Assembly: GCA_964477875.1 (NCBI GenBank)
Contig: CAYZFR010000001.1
Location: 1-62,111, forward strand
Direction of reading: 5' to 3'
DNA length: 62,111 nt
From: an uncultured Myxococcales bacterium
GTDB lineage: Bacteria > Myxococcota > Kuafuiibacteriia > Kuafuiibacteriales > Kuafuiibacteriaceae
Shown here: positions 8,569 through 18,575 of the stretch, one piece after another
Layout of the letters: each line of letters starts with the position of its first letter
How positions within the stretch are numbered: the first letter of the stretch is position 1
Program-made: the position numbers and the translations under genes
Notes under the pieces: model-generated
Seen by the model: only the letters and a program-made list of their open reading frames with translations
The model's database searches: none
What the model was told of the DNA's origin: nothing

Positions 8569-9843
8569 GTGCGTGGCTCCGCCTCTCTTTTGGCCCTGAC
8601 GGCCCTTTCGTCGTGTTCGCATGCCTCCCCTCAGCCTTCCGCCGGGGCCCCGGCGCCCCGTCAGGCGCCCGCCTCGCGTCCGGCCGGCGAGCCCAGCGCC
8701 GAGCTCGCGATCTCGCCAGATGGCTTTCCTTTTCAGAAACACCCTCGGCTGCTGAAGAGATTGCGGGCCCACCCCCACGGCTACTTTCGCTTCATCAACC
8801 GGGGCTTCAGTCAAAACGTCTGCGACCGCTGGTCGGACGTCATGTCCTCGATGGCCACCGTCAACCTGCACGGCGACGCCCACCTCGAGCAGTACTCGGT
8901 CACCGACGTCTCTCGTGGCCTATCCGACTTCGACGACAGCTCCACCGGGCCACCGGTCATCGACATGCTTCGAATGATGGTCTCGATTCGGCTCACCGTG
9001 AAGTACATGGGATGGCCGGCGTCGACGAAGATGATCACCGATCGCTTCTTCGAGGGCTATGTGGGGGCGCTGATGAACCCCGAGGTGGCCGCGCCGCTGC
9101 CGACGCCGGCCGAACGTCTGCGCGCTCGATTCGGTGAGGACCGAAGAGCCTTCCTCGAATGGGTGAAGACGGTCATCGAGCCCGTGGGCGAACAGGCGCG
9201 AAGCGTCTTCCAGGAGGCCCTTCAGCCCTACGTAGATCGCATGCTGGCCGCTCGGAATGGAGTCGACGAAGCGAGCTTCTTCCGGATCGAAGAGGCGGGC
9301 CTGCTCCGGCTGGGCATCGGTTCGGCTCTCGACGAGAAGTATCTGCTTCGGGTCGAGGGCCCGAGCGAGGGTCCCGAAGACGACGTCATCCTGGAAGTGA
9401 AACAGGTGCGAGACCTCGGCGGCGTCAGCTGCATCGACGGCAACGAGAAAATAGATCCCTTCCGCATCCTGCTCGGTCAGTCGAGGATCGCGTACACGCC
9501 CTACCAGTATCTGGGCTACCTGCGGGTCGAAGGACGGACGTTCTGGATCCACAGCTGGGTCGATAACTATCGGGAGCTGGACCCACGAGAGATGCTGAAA
9601 TCGCCGGAGGAACTTGGTGAGGTCTTGTACGACATCGGGGTGCAGCTGGGGCGTGGCCATCCGAACCAGATCGCCGCCCCCTTCGACGACGAGCTTCGCG
9701 CGCTCCTGGCCCGGTGGGTGGATACCTACCGCAGCCGCCTTGGCAAGGATGCGCAAGAGCTGGCGGCGGAGGTAGAGCGGGCCTACACCCAGTTCCTGGA
9801 GGACTCCGAGGCGTTGGCCGAGGACCTGCTGTCCGGCGGCTGA
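8569..9843 (+). CDS. DUF2252-like lipoprotein
   Basis: GTG start. RGSASLLALTALSSCSH is a lipobox signal. NLHGDAHLEQY and the overall length resemble the DUF2252 family. The family assignment is from memory. Confidence 0.65.
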   Translation: MRGSASLLALTALSSCSHASPQPSAGAPAPRQAPASRPAGEPSAELAISPDGFPFQKHPRLLKRLRAHPHGYFRFINRGFSQNVCDRWSDVMSSMATVNLHGDAHLEQYSVTDVSRGLSDFDDSSTGPPVIDMLRMMVSIRLTVKYMGWPASTKMITDRFFEGYVGALMNPEVAAPLPTPAERLRARFGEDRRAFLEWVKTVIEPVGEQARSVFQEALQPYVDRMLAARNGVDEASFFRIEEAGLLRLGIGSALDEKYLLRVEGPSEGPEDDVILEVKQVRDLGGVSCIDGNEKIDPFRILLGQSRIAYTPYQYLGYLRVEGRTFWIHSWVDNYRELDPREMLKSPEELGEVLYDIGVQLGRGHPNQIAAPFDDELRALLARWVDTYRSRLGKDAQELAAEVERAYTQFLEDSEALAEDLLSGG

Positions 9844-9895
9844 AGTAGACGACATTGGAGCCAGATGCACAATTTCCTGCTATGGCCGCTCCGCC

Positions 9896-10291
9896 ATGAG
9901 CAGGCGCTTTCTCGTTTTGGCCAAGACCCGGGAGGGCGTCGTCGAGTTCTCCGACGATGCGGGGCGGGCGGCCCTTCAATTCGAGTCCGAAAAGCGACAG
10001 GCCGAGCCAGGTGGCATCGGGACGGCCTTTTGGGAGGCCATGAAGGCGGCCGGGGTCGAGCCGCTTCGGCAAAACCAGTTCATCATCCACGAGAAAGACC
10101 GAGACGGGACCCTGATCGCCGCTCTTTATCCCGTGCTAGAGGGGGCCCGAGCAGTGTGGCTGGTGCTCTACCGCGCGGACAAGGACGCCAGCTGCTTCAA
10201 GCCCCTCGGCAGCCGCCAGCGGATCGGCGACGCTTTGGACTTGGCCTTCCAGGCGCTCATCAAAGAGGTCAAGCGGCCCCACAAGCCCTGA
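9896..10291 (+). CDS. hypothetical protein
   Basis: 131-aa ORF with genome-typical codon bias. No motif recognised. Confidence 0.55.
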   Translation: MSRRFLVLAKTREGVVEFSDDAGRAALQFESEKRQAEPGGIGTAFWEAMKAAGVEPLRQNQFIIHEKDRDGTLIAALYPVLEGARAVWLVLYRADKDASCFKPLGSRQRIGDALDLAFQALIKEVKRPHKP

Positions 10292-10336
10292 TTGGGTGAG
10301 GCGTAGGCGAGGCGGAGTCCCCGAGCGCGGGCTTGC

Positions 10337-11923
10337 TCAGGCGCCGCGAACCCAGCCCGGCAACAGCACGTCGCCGTCGTCGAAGTGGTGGCGGGGCCAG
10401 ATCCTCGTCTGAAGGTCGGCGCCGGCCCAGAAGTTGGACCGGTGGTACTGAACGACGCCGTAGCCGCGGGCGCCGTTGTCGTACTCCTCCCGCTGCACCT
10501 GCTGAAGCTCGGTGTGATAGTCGGCCGGCGCCACGCCCATGCTCTGCAGGACGTTGCCCAACACGCGGTTGAGAAGGATGCCGGGATGACGGTTTGGAGA
10601 GCCGGCATCGACCCATTCGTCGATTCCGTAGTTTCGGTAATCGACGTAGCGACCAGTCTCGAAGAAGCCGCCCGCGCTTCCGGCCGTGACCACCGGCATG
10701 GAGAAGTTCACGTGGGTCTGGTCACCGCTCTCCATCGACCAGAGCAACAAGGTCCGGTCCAGGAAGGTCTGGCCGTCCGACTCCTCGACGTCGAGGCCGG
10801 AAGCGATCCGTAGGAAGACTTCTTCGAAGAAGCGACGGTGGGCTCGGTAGTTGATGCGCTGGAATTCGGGGTTGAAAGAGTCCCGAGAGCGGTCCCCGCC
10901 GCCGTTGTGTGCGATCTGCTCGTGCCAGTTCGTCCACCCGTCGTCCGGCGACAGCTTTCCTCCCGCCGCCGTCATGACGCCGACGTTGGAGGCGCCACAC
11001 CGCAGCGCGGCCACGAAGAGGTCGGCAGCTCGGCGTAGGCCTTCGACGCCGCTGTCGTTCGGCGGCTCGGAGACCGCGTCACAGGTCACGGTGGTGTTCA
11101 GCTTCCGCTGAAGCTCCGAGATCATGGTCAGATGCGCTTCGAGCCTGTCCCGGTCCGACCGGGACAGCCGGCGTGCCTCTCCGAAGGCGCCGCGGGTGAG
11201 GCTGCGGTACTGCTCGTGGACCAAGTCCACGACCGGGGTCTGGTTTCCGTCGCCGCCTACGTCGGCGAACAGCCGATTCCAGAGGTCACGAGGTCGTGAG
11301 GTCGCCTGAACCGGAACCACCTTCCCGTTGACCCTCGCCGCCGACGCCGAGAAGCGAACGTTGGAGCTGACGCCGTAGCCTTCGCCGTAATGGAGGCTGC
11401 GCTCCTTGACGGGGTTCTTGTTGAAATCGGGGTGGCGGGCGACGAGCTGGTCGATGGTCTGAACCTGGAGCCCGTGCAGCGATTCGCCCTGGTCGTTGGC
11501 GCCGAAGTTGCCCGTGAAGGCGGCGCGGTTGTGTCCGATGTAGGTTGAGATGTCGACGCCGCCGATGACGCTCAGCTTGCGGACCAGGTCCGATGTGAGA
11601 ACGCCTGCGTCGGCCTGCAGCACCTCGGAGAGGATGGCCCGTCCGCCCTCGACTCTCTCCGAGAGAGAGGACCACCGAACGTCGTGCTGCGGCACCTGGG
11701 CAACGGGGCCATACATGGTCTGAACGGTCTCGGGGCCGTGCTGCGGGAACATGTTCTCGGGCCACACGCCGCCGTGATTGGTCCCCAACACCACGAGCCT
11801 GAGCTGGGGGGTCGATTGAGCCTTGGCTCGACGAGGAGCCAATGAGCCCAGGAACGGAACGGCGAGAACGCCGGCCGAGCCGGCCAGGAAGTGGCGTCGA
11901 CCGATTCGTTGGATGTTGCTCAT
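10337..11923 (-). CDS. DUF1552-family protein with twin-arginine signal
   Basis: MSNIQRIGRRHFLAGSAGVLAVPFLGSLAP is a Tat motif (RRHFLAG). Length and partner match the planctomycete-type DUF1552 family. The ATGA overlap with the upstream gene is at 11920-11923. Confidence 0.8.
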   Translation of the reverse strand: MSNIQRIGRRHFLAGSAGVLAVPFLGSLAPRRAKAQSTPQLRLVVLGTNHGGVWPENMFPQHGPETVQTMYGPVAQVPQHDVRWSSLSERVEGGRAILSEVLQADAGVLTSDLVRKLSVIGGVDISTYIGHNRAAFTGNFGANDQGESLHGLQVQTIDQLVARHPDFNKNPVKERSLHYGEGYGVSSNVRFSASAARVNGKVVPVQATSRPRDLWNRLFADVGGDGNQTPVVDLVHEQYRSLTRGAFGEARRLSRSDRDRLEAHLTMISELQRKLNTTVTCDAVSEPPNDSGVEGLRRAADLFVAALRCGASNVGVMTAAGGKLSPDDGWTNWHEQIAHNGGGDRSRDSFNPEFQRINYRAHRRFFEEVFLRIASGLDVEESDGQTFLDRTLLLWSMESGDQTHVNFSMPVVTAGSAGGFFETGRYVDYRNYGIDEWVDAGSPNRHPGILLNRVLGNVLQSMGVAPADYHTELQQVQREEYDNGARGYGVVQYHRSNFWAGADLQTRIWPRHHFDDGDVLLPGWVRGA

Positions 11924-13716
11924 TCGTAGACCTCCTCCAGGCTTCGGAACTCGGGCGTGAAGGCGATGGAGCGAAAAACCTCCGCCAGCGGTGCGCCGCG
12001 ATGAACGCCGTCGCGAATGGCCTCCAGCGTGCAGCCATCACGGAGCACTTCCTCTGTGCGACCGAAGCTGTGTCGGAACAGGTGCCGCGCGAAGCACCGC
12101 TCGATGTCTTGGCTTTGGGCAAGTGCGGCGCTCATTTCGATCGGACCCGAAAATCGCACTGGAACTCCGTCCACCGGCGTCTCGGTTTCGAGGTCGAGAG
12201 GATGGCTGGCGCTGAGCATGCCATCCGCGTCGAAGACCAGCTCCTGCTCTCGGTGGCGTCCGAGAGCGTCATAGCGCTCCAGGGCGAAGCCGAAGGGGTT
12301 GAGGAGCTGGTGACAGCCGGCGCAGGTGGTTCCTGGGGCTTCGGTCAGGTCTTCCACTTTGGCGCGGGTGGTCTCGGCGGGATTGGCTTCCGGAATCTGG
12401 ATGTCGTCCATCTGGTCAGGGAGCACCAGCTCGGCGCAGGATAGCCGCACCCGGACCAACGCGCCCCTGATGATGGGACGGGTGACGGCCTGGTTGTAGG
12501 CGAGGAGGGCGGGGCGGCTCAGTAGGCCGGCGCGCTCCCGAGGATCCAGCTCGACGGCTTCGCCCACGGCGTCGACTCCGTAGAGGTCAGCGACCTCCGA
12601 GGAGGGCGGAACGGCCACCGAGCGGGTGAACAGATCCGAGAAGCTTCCGTTTTCCGTCCACACGACGTGGTCGATGAAGGCCAAGGTGTCTTCGATGAGA
12701 TCTTCTCGAAGACGAGGGCTCGGGAGGTTTTCGCCCGCGAAGGCTCTGAAGTCGGAGCGTTCGACGTTGGCCGCCATGTCTGGGAGCTCTTCCAGCTCCA
12801 GCCACGCCTCGAAGAAGGCGTGCATGCTCTGTTGCGTCCGCGGATCCTCGAAGATGCGGTCGACCTGCTCGCGGTAAGCATCCTCGGTCATGAGGGCCCC
12901 CGAGGCCGCGCTCGCCAAGAGTTCTGCGTCGGGAGGGGCGTTCCAGAAGTGGAAGGCGAGGCGATTGGCGAGCTCGTAGGCGTCCAGCTCGTCGGCGCTC
13001 TGGGCGCCATCCTCTAGATGGTAGAGAAAATCGGGGGACTGGGCGAGCAATCGGAGCGCCCGGTCCATGTCGTCGCTTTGGTTGCCGGTTCCGGTCGCGC
13101 CACCGAGAAAGGAAAGCTCCTCGCTCGAAATCGGGCGCCGGAAAGCGATCTCGGCCAGGTCCTCGAGGACCCCATCGCAGTCCCCAGCGCAGCGGTCGGC
13201 CGCTGAATCGGCGCCGACCTCGGCAATGGCCACCGCTACTTCACGGTAAGCGTCGACGTGGGCCTGCCCCACCGCCTGGACCAGGCTCGGATAATCTTCG
13301 TCCTCGGAGAGAACGTCGGCAGGCAGCTTTCGAATCGCTTCCCCGAGTCGAGCGTCGTCGCTGGAGCTCAGAGGGCCAGCCAGCGCGGCCTCGGCAAGGT
13401 CGCGGACCGCGCCCTCGTACTGGCTTCGCGACAGTCGCCTCAGCGTCTGCACCGACCTCTCGGCCTGCTCGTCGCAGGTAAAGCGTCGAGCAGGGTCGGT
13501 GACGTCGGGCGGGTCGATGCTTGGGTCGTTCGGAACGCCCGGTGGCTCGACCGAAGGGTTGCCTCCGCCCGGCGGTGGATTGGAGGACGAACCGCCACGA
13601 CCGGGCGGCGACTGGACGACGCTCGGCGCCTCCAGCTCGGCGCCGCAGGCGGCCAAGGTCGCCAGCAAAAACGCGGAGCCTGCTCCAAAATGAACGGCTC
13701 GTCCAATTTCAGGCAC
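11920..13716 (-). CDS. DUF1592/DUF1588/DUF1585-type (PSD/PSCyt) protein with CxxCH haem-binding motif; lipoprotein
   Basis: GTG start. AFLLATLAACG is a lipobox. CAGCHQLLNPFGFALERYDALGRHR is the conserved haem-motif block of this family. Confidence 0.8.
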   Translation of the reverse strand: MPEIGRAVHFGAGSAFLLATLAACGAELEAPSVVQSPPGRGGSSSNPPPGGGNPSVEPPGVPNDPSIDPPDVTDPARRFTCDEQAERSVQTLRRLSRSQYEGAVRDLAEAALAGPLSSSDDARLGEAIRKLPADVLSEDEDYPSLVQAVGQAHVDAYREVAVAIAEVGADSAADRCAGDCDGVLEDLAEIAFRRPISSEELSFLGGATGTGNQSDDMDRALRLLAQSPDFLYHLEDGAQSADELDAYELANRLAFHFWNAPPDAELLASAASGALMTEDAYREQVDRIFEDPRTQQSMHAFFEAWLELEELPDMAANVERSDFRAFAGENLPSPRLREDLIEDTLAFIDHVVWTENGSFSDLFTRSVAVPPSSEVADLYGVDAVGEAVELDPRERAGLLSRPALLAYNQAVTRPIIRGALVRVRLSCAELVLPDQMDDIQIPEANPAETTRAKVEDLTEAPGTTCAGCHQLLNPFGFALERYDALGRHREQELVFDADGMLSASHPLDLETETPVDGVPVRFSGPIEMSAALAQSQDIERCFARHLFRHSFGRTEEVLRDGCTLEAIRDGVHRGAPLAEVFRSIAFTPEFRSLEEVYE

Positions 13717-13764
13717 GGGTCATTCTTGCTCAGTCATTCGGGTAGGATTCCAGGCGCAGGGCGC

Positions 13765-13789
13765 CTTCGTGACGCGAATTGTCACGAAG
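13765..13789. promoter_or_regulatory. perfect 9-bp inverted repeat with 7-nt spacer in the metH/DUF1592 intergenic region
   Basis: CTTCGTGAC-gcgaatt-GTCACGAAG. A second perfect hairpin, GAAACCA-ccgat-TGGTTTC, lies at 13797-13815. Confidence 0.4.
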
Positions 13790-13842
13790 CTCCTTCGAAA
13801 CCACCGATTGGTTTCAAAAATGAAGGACATAGCTGCAAATCT

Positions 13843-13857
13843 GACAGCGCCGCTGTC
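13843..13857 (-). terminator. candidate weak terminator hairpin just after the metH stop
   Basis: GACAGCG-C-CGCTGTC palindrome 19 nt downstream of the metH stop. On the transcribed strand it is followed by AGAUUUG. The U-tract is poor. Confidence 0.3.
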
Positions 13858-13875
13858 CGAACGCCCTCCCGGGAC

Positions 13876-16800
13876 TCATGCGGACTTACGAGAGGGCTTG
13901 GCGTCCTCGATCGGATCGTAGTCCAGATTCGGGGCGAGCCACTTCTCCATGAAGGGCAGATCCATACCCTTGCGCTTCGCGTAGTCGACGATCTGGTCCT
14001 TCGAGACCTTGCCGACCCCGAAGTACTGCGAGTCCGGATGGGCGAAGTAGAGCCCGCTCACCGACGAGGCGGGCATCATGGCCATGCTGTCGGTCAGCTC
14101 GATGCTCGTCTTGGCGCTGACGTCGAGCAGCTCGAAGAGCTTCGTCTTCTCGGTGTGGTCGGGGCAAGCGGGGTAGCCGGGCGCCGGCCTGATGCCCCGG
14201 TAGCTCTCCTTGATGAGGCTGTCGTTGTCGAGGCGCTCGTCCGGCGCATAGCCCCAGAACTCTCGCCGCACGCGCTGGTGCATGTGCTCGGCGAAGCTCT
14301 CCGCCAAGCGGTCGGCCAGCGCCTTGACCATGATGTTGTTGTAGTCGTCGTCATCCTTCTCGAAGACCTCCAGGATCCGCTCGATGCCGATCCCGGTCGT
14401 GACGGCGAAGCCTCCCACGTAGTCGGCGATGCCCGTCGACTTGGGAGCCACGAAGTCCGAGAGGGCGAAGTTCGCTCGGCCGGGGGCCTTCTCGGTCTGC
14501 TGTCGCAGGGTGCAGAACTTTTGGATGACTCGGTCCCGGTTTTCGTCGGCGTAGACCTCGATGTCGTCACCCACGCTGTTGGCGGGGAAGCAGCCGACCA
14601 CCGTTCGCGCGGTGACGAGCTTCTCCTGGACCATCCGGTTCAACATCGCTCGCGCGTCCTCGAACAACTCGGTCGCCTGCTCGCCGACGACCTCGTCCTC
14701 CAGGATGGCCGGGAAGCGCCCGGCCAGCTCCCAGGTCTGGAAGAAAGGCGTCCAGTCGATGGTGTCGACCAATCTCTCCAGCGGGTAGTCGTCGAATACC
14801 TCGGCGCCCTTCACGTTGGGCTCCGCGGCCTCGTATTTGCTCCAGTCGGTCTTGAAGGCGTTCTTGCGCGCCGCCTCGATGCTGAGCTTCTTCTTCCGCG
14901 ACTTCTTGCCGGCGTGCTGCTTTCGCACCGTCTCGTACTCCTGCTCCAGCTCCTGCAGGTACTTTGGCTTCATGTCGTCGCTGAGCAGCTTGCCGACCAC
15001 GCCCACCGAGCGTGAGGCGTCGGTGACGTAAATCGTCGGGCCCTTGTACTTGGGCGCGATCTTCACCGCCGTGTGGACCCGCGAAGTGGTTGCGCCGCCG
15101 ATGAGGAGCGGCATGTCGAAACCTTCGCGCTCCATCTCGGAAGCCACCGTCACCATCTCGTCCAGCGAGGGGGTGATGAGGCCGGACAACCCAATGATGT
15201 CGACGTTCTCCTTGCGGGCCGTCTCCAGGATGTTCTGGACCGGCTGCATGACTCCGATGTCGATCACGTCGTAGTTGTTGCAGCGGAGGACGACGGCGAC
15301 GATGTTCTTGCCGATGTCGTGAACGTCGCCTTTTACGGTGGCGATCAGGATCTTGCCCTTGGCCGAGCTGACGCCGGTCCGCTCCTTCTCCTTCTCGATG
15401 AAGGGGATGAGGTAGCCCACCGCCTTCTTCATCACGCGGGCCGACTTCACGACCTGCGGGAGGAACATCTTACCTTCGCCGAAGAGGTCGCCGACGACGT
15501 TCATGCCGTCCATCAACGGCCCCTCGATGACCTGGATGGGCCGTTCGGCCCGGGCGCGGCACTCCTCGACGTCGTCTTCGACGTAGTCGGCGATGCCCTT
15601 GATGAGGGCGTGCTCCAGCCGCTTCTCGACCGGTTGCTCGCGCCAGGTGAGGTCGTTCTTCTTCTCGGACTTGGTGGCTTTGACCGTCTCCGCGAAGTCG
15701 ACCAGGGCCTCCGTGCCCCCGTCGTTACGGTTGAGGAGCACGTCCTCGACCTTGGTCAAAAGCTCCTCGGGAATGTCGTCGTATACCGTGAGCTGGCCGG
15801 CGTTCACGATGCCCATGTCCATCCCCGCCTTGGTGGCGTGGTAGAGGAAGGCGGAGTGCATGGCTTCTCGGACCGGGTTGTTGCCGCGGAAGGAGAAGCT
15901 GATGTTGCTGACTCCGCCCGAGATCTTGGCGTGGGGCAGCTCCCGCTTGATGTCCTTGCAGGCTTCGATGAAGTCGACCGCGTAGTTGTTGTGCTCTTCG
16001 ATGCCGGTCGCGACGGCGAAGATGTTCGGGTCGAACACGATGTCTTGAGGCGGGAAGCCCACCTTGTTCACCAGTATGTCGTAGGAACGCTTGCAGATCT
16101 CGACCTTGCGGGTCTGGGTATCGGCCTGGCCGTCCTCGTCGAAGGCCATCACGATGACGGCCGCGCCGTACCGGCGCACCAGGCGCGCCTGCTCCAGGAA
16201 CTGCTCCTCGCCTTCCTTGAGGCTGATGGAGTTCACGATCCCCTTGCCCTGAACGCACTTGAGCCCGGCTTCGATCACCGTCCACTTCGAGGAGTCGATG
16301 ACGACCGGGACGCGGCTGATGTCGGGCTCGGCGGCGACGAGGTTCAAGAAAGTCACCATCGCCTCCTCGGAGTCCAGCATGCCTTCGTCCATGTTGACGT
16401 CGATCAGCTGGGCGCCGCCTTCCACCTGCTCGCGGGCCACCTCGAGAGCGGTGTCGTAGTCACCATCCTTGACGAGGCGCTTGAACTTGGCCGACCCGGT
16501 CACGTTGGTCCGCTCGCCGATGTTGGCGAAGCGGCTGTCGGGCCCGATCTCGAAGGGCTCGAGACCCGAGAGGCGCATCACGGGCTCCGGGGTGGGGTGC
16601 TCGCGAGGCTCCATCCCCTCCACCGTCTTGGCGATGGCCTCGATGTGGCCGGGGGTGGTGCCGCAGCAGCCGCCCACGACGTTCAGGAAGCCGCTGTCGG
16701 CGAACTCCTTGATGAACTCGGCCATCTGCTCGGGGGTCTGGTCATACTCGCCGAACTCGTTGGGCAGGCCCGCGTTCGGGTGGGCGCTGACGTGGCAGTC

Positions 16801-17604
16801 GGCGATCCGGGAGAGCTCCTGCAGATAGGGTCGGAGCTCCTTCGCGCCGAGGGCGCAGTTGAGGCCGATGGAGAAGGGCTTGCTGTGGGCGAGGCTGTTC
16901 CAGAAGGCCTCGGTGGTCTGGCCCGAGAGCGTGCGCCCGGAGGCGTCTGTGATGGTGCCGGAGATCATCACCGGCAGGTCGAGGTTCTTTTCGTCTCGGA
17001 ACTTCTCGATCGCGAACAGGGCTGCCTTGGCGTTCAGGGTGTCGAAGACCGTCTCCACCAGGAGCAAGTCTGCGCCGCCGTCGACCAGGCCCTGCACGTT
17101 CTCGGTATAGGTCTCGACGAGCTCGTCGAAGGTCACGTTTCGATAGCCTGGGTTGTTGACGTCCGGGGAGATGGAGCAGGTCCGGTTCGTCGGTCCGAGC
17201 ACGCCGGTCACGAATCTCGGCTTGTTCGGCTCCTTCTCGGTGAAGGCATCCGCTACTTCGCGGGCCAGCTTCGCCCCCTGAAAGCAGATGTCGTAGACCG
17301 CGTCCTCGAGCGCGTAGTCCGCCTGGGCGATCCGCGTGCCCGAAAAGGTGTTGGTCTCCACGATGTCGGCGCCGGCCTTGAAGTTGGCCTCGTGCACCGC
17401 CTTCACGATGTCGGGGCGGGTCACGTTCAAGATGTCGTGGTTGCCCTTGAGGTCATGGGTGTGGTCTTCGAAGCGATCGCCGCGGAAGTCTTTCTCCTCC
17501 AGCTCGTACTGCTGGAGCATGGTTCCCATGGCGCCATCGAGGACCAGAATGCGGTTCTCGATCACTTCGTGGAGGGTCTTTAGTCGTTCGTCTCGGTTCG
17601 TCAT
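13876..17604 (-). CDS. metH: cobalamin-dependent methionine synthase
   Basis: 1242 aa with all modules visible: Hcy-binding ([15 protein letters not shown]), pterin-binding, the B12-binding DxHxxG motif (GDVHDIGKN), and the C-terminal AdoMet activation domain. Confidence 0.97.
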   Translation of the reverse strand: MTNRDERLKTLHEVIENRILVLDGAMGTMLQQYELEEKDFRGDRFEDHTHDLKGNHDILNVTRPDIVKAVHEANFKAGADIVETNTFSGTRIAQADYALEDAVYDICFQGAKLAREVADAFTEKEPNKPRFVTGVLGPTNRTCSISPDVNNPGYRNVTFDELVETYTENVQGLVDGGADLLLVETVFDTLNAKAALFAIEKFRDEKNLDLPVMISGTITDASGRTLSGQTTEAFWNSLAHSKPFSIGLNCALGAKELRPYLQELSRIADCHVSAHPNAGLPNEFGEYDQTPEQMAEFIKEFADSGFLNVVGGCCGTTPGHIEAIAKTVEGMEPREHPTPEPVMRLSGLEPFEIGPDSRFANIGERTNVTGSAKFKRLVKDGDYDTALEVAREQVEGGAQLIDVNMDEGMLDSEEAMVTFLNLVAAEPDISRVPVVIDSSKWTVIEAGLKCVQGKGIVNSISLKEGEEQFLEQARLVRRYGAAVIVMAFDEDGQADTQTRKVEICKRSYDILVNKVGFPPQDIVFDPNIFAVATGIEEHNNYAVDFIEACKDIKRELPHAKISGGVSNISFSFRGNNPVREAMHSAFLYHATKAGMDMGIVNAGQLTVYDDIPEELLTKVEDVLLNRNDGGTEALVDFAETVKATKSEKKNDLTWREQPVEKRLEHALIKGIADYVEDDVEECRARAERPIQVIEGPLMDGMNVVGDLFGEGKMFLPQVVKSARVMKKAVGYLIPFIEKEKERTGVSSAKGKILIATVKGDVHDIGKNIVAVVLRCNNYDVIDIGVMQPVQNILETARKENVDIIGLSGLITPSLDEMVTVASEMEREGFDMPLLIGGATTSRVHTAVKIAPKYKGPTIYVTDASRSVGVVGKLLSDDMKPKYLQELEQEYETVRKQHAGKKSRKKKLSIEAARKNAFKTDWSKYEAAEPNVKGAEVFDDYPLERLVDTIDWTPFFQTWELAGRFPAILEDEVVGEQATELFEDARAMLNRMVQEKLVTARTVVGCFPANSVGDDIEVYADENRDRVIQKFCTLRQQTEKAPGRANFALSDFVAPKSTGIADYVGGFAVTTGIGIERILEVFEKDDDDYNNIMVKALADRLAESFAEHMHQRVRREFWGYAPDERLDNDSLIKESYRGIRPAPGYPACPDHTEKTKLFELLDVSAKTSIELTDSMAMMPASSVSGLYFAHPDSQYFGVGKVSKDQIVDYAKRKGMDLPFMEKWLAPNLDYDPIEDAKPSRKSA

Positions 17605-17614
17605 TTTCTTCTCT

Positions 17615-18547
17615 TCAGCTCGGTCGGTGGGCGTGGACCGTGATGATCTTGAAATGCGGCTTGCGCCGCTCTTGGTGCGTCACGTCGCACAGGCTTGCGC
17701 AAAGTCCCGCCGACTCGATCATCGAACGTACCTTGCTTGGCGTGAAGCCATTTTGAACATGGTCAAAGGCTCGCACTTCGTCGTGAAACTCGTGTTGGAG
17801 CAGCGTCTGCGCGACAAAAGACCCGCCGGGCCGAAGAACTCGCCCAGCCTCGGCCACGACTTTGTCCGGCTCGTGTGCGTACGGAAGCGCATGCAAAAGC
17901 AGAACCTGGTCGAAACGCGAGTCGTCGAAGGGGAGGTCGTGCATGTCGCCCTGCACGAAGTCCATGTTGTGGACGGCCTTCAGCCGCTCGCGCCCTGCCT
18001 CCACCACCCGTCGGCTCGCGTCGATGCAGGTCACTTGCTCCGCGCGAGGGGCGAGAAGTTCGGCGAGCGCGCCGTCGCCCGACGCGACATCGAGGACGTG
18101 GCCGAGCTCGACCAGGCCGAGGATGCCGCGGGTGACGGCCTCCCAGGTTCGTCCCGGGGAGTAGTGCCGCGCCATCGTGCCCGCCACCGAGTCCGCCCAG
18201 GTCGTCACCTCGCTTCGGGCCCTGACGAGCTGCTCGGCTCGCTCGATGTCCGTCGCGAGCAGGGGATCCCTGAGCTCGGCCATCAGAATCTTCCACAGAC
18301 GGGCGGCGTCGGCGTCTTCGGCCATCCGGGCACGGTACTTGGAGCCCGTCCCGTACCGCTCCACTTCGACCAAACCCTCACTCTTCAGCTTGCCGAGGTG
18401 GGTCGACACGCGGCTCTGAGCCGCGCCGAGCAGCTCGGTGAGCTCACCCACGGTGAGGGCGTGCTGCGAGAGCAAGGCCAGGAGCCGCAGGCGCGTGCCG
18501 TCCGCCAGGAGCCGGCAGAGTTCATGGGTTCGGTCGAGGTCCATCAC
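17615..18547 (-). CDS. sahR: ArsR-family wHTH fused to a SAM-methyltransferase-like domain (SahR-type regulator)
   Basis: The N-terminus [41 protein letters not shown] is an ArsR HTH. The C-terminus has methyltransferase motif I ([17 protein letters not shown]). The stop lies 10 nt before the metH ATG. The start is GTG at 18547 or ATG at 18544. Confidence 0.8.
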   Translation of the reverse strand: MMDLDRTHELCRLLADGTRLRLLALLSQHALTVGELTELLGAAQSRVSTHLGKLKSEGLVEVERYGTGSKYRARMAEDADAARLWKILMAELRDPLLATDIERAEQLVRARSEVTTWADSVAGTMARHYSPGRTWEAVTRGILGLVELGHVLDVASGDGALAELLAPRAEQVTCIDASRRVVEAGRERLKAVHNMDFVQGDMHDLPFDDSRFDQVLLLHALPYAHEPDKVVAEAGRVLRPGGSFVAQTLLQHEFHDEVRAFDHVQNGFTPSKVRSMIESAGLCASLCDVTHQERRKPHFKIITVHAHRPS

Positions 18548-18549
18548 TA

Positions 18550-18575
18550 AATCCGGCTATCCGGATGCGCGGATT
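18550..18575. promoter_or_regulatory. candidate operator: nested ATCCGG repeats
   Basis: AATCCGGCTATCCGGATGCGCGGATT. ATCCGG occurs at 18551 and 18561, 10 bp apart. ATCCGG-CTAT-CCGGAT is a palindrome, and the outer arms AATCCG/CGGATT also pair. The element lies directly upstream of the sahR-like start. Confidence 0.35.

Noticed and set aside
15073-17583. Very long ORFs antisense to real genes. Examples: 836 aa opposite metH, 13258-15015, 22531-24552 (673 aa) opposite thrA, 34206-35885 opposite the GMC gene, 39709-41382 opposite the amidase, 45454-47253 opposite the metallophosphatase, 54269-56488 opposite the NtrC and hydrolase genes, 59865-61274 opposite the M16 gene.
   Set aside because: These are typical high-GC artefacts. 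They are Arg/Gly/Leu/Val/Asp/His-rich translations with no motifs, and each fully overlaps a gene with unambiguous family signatures on the other strand.
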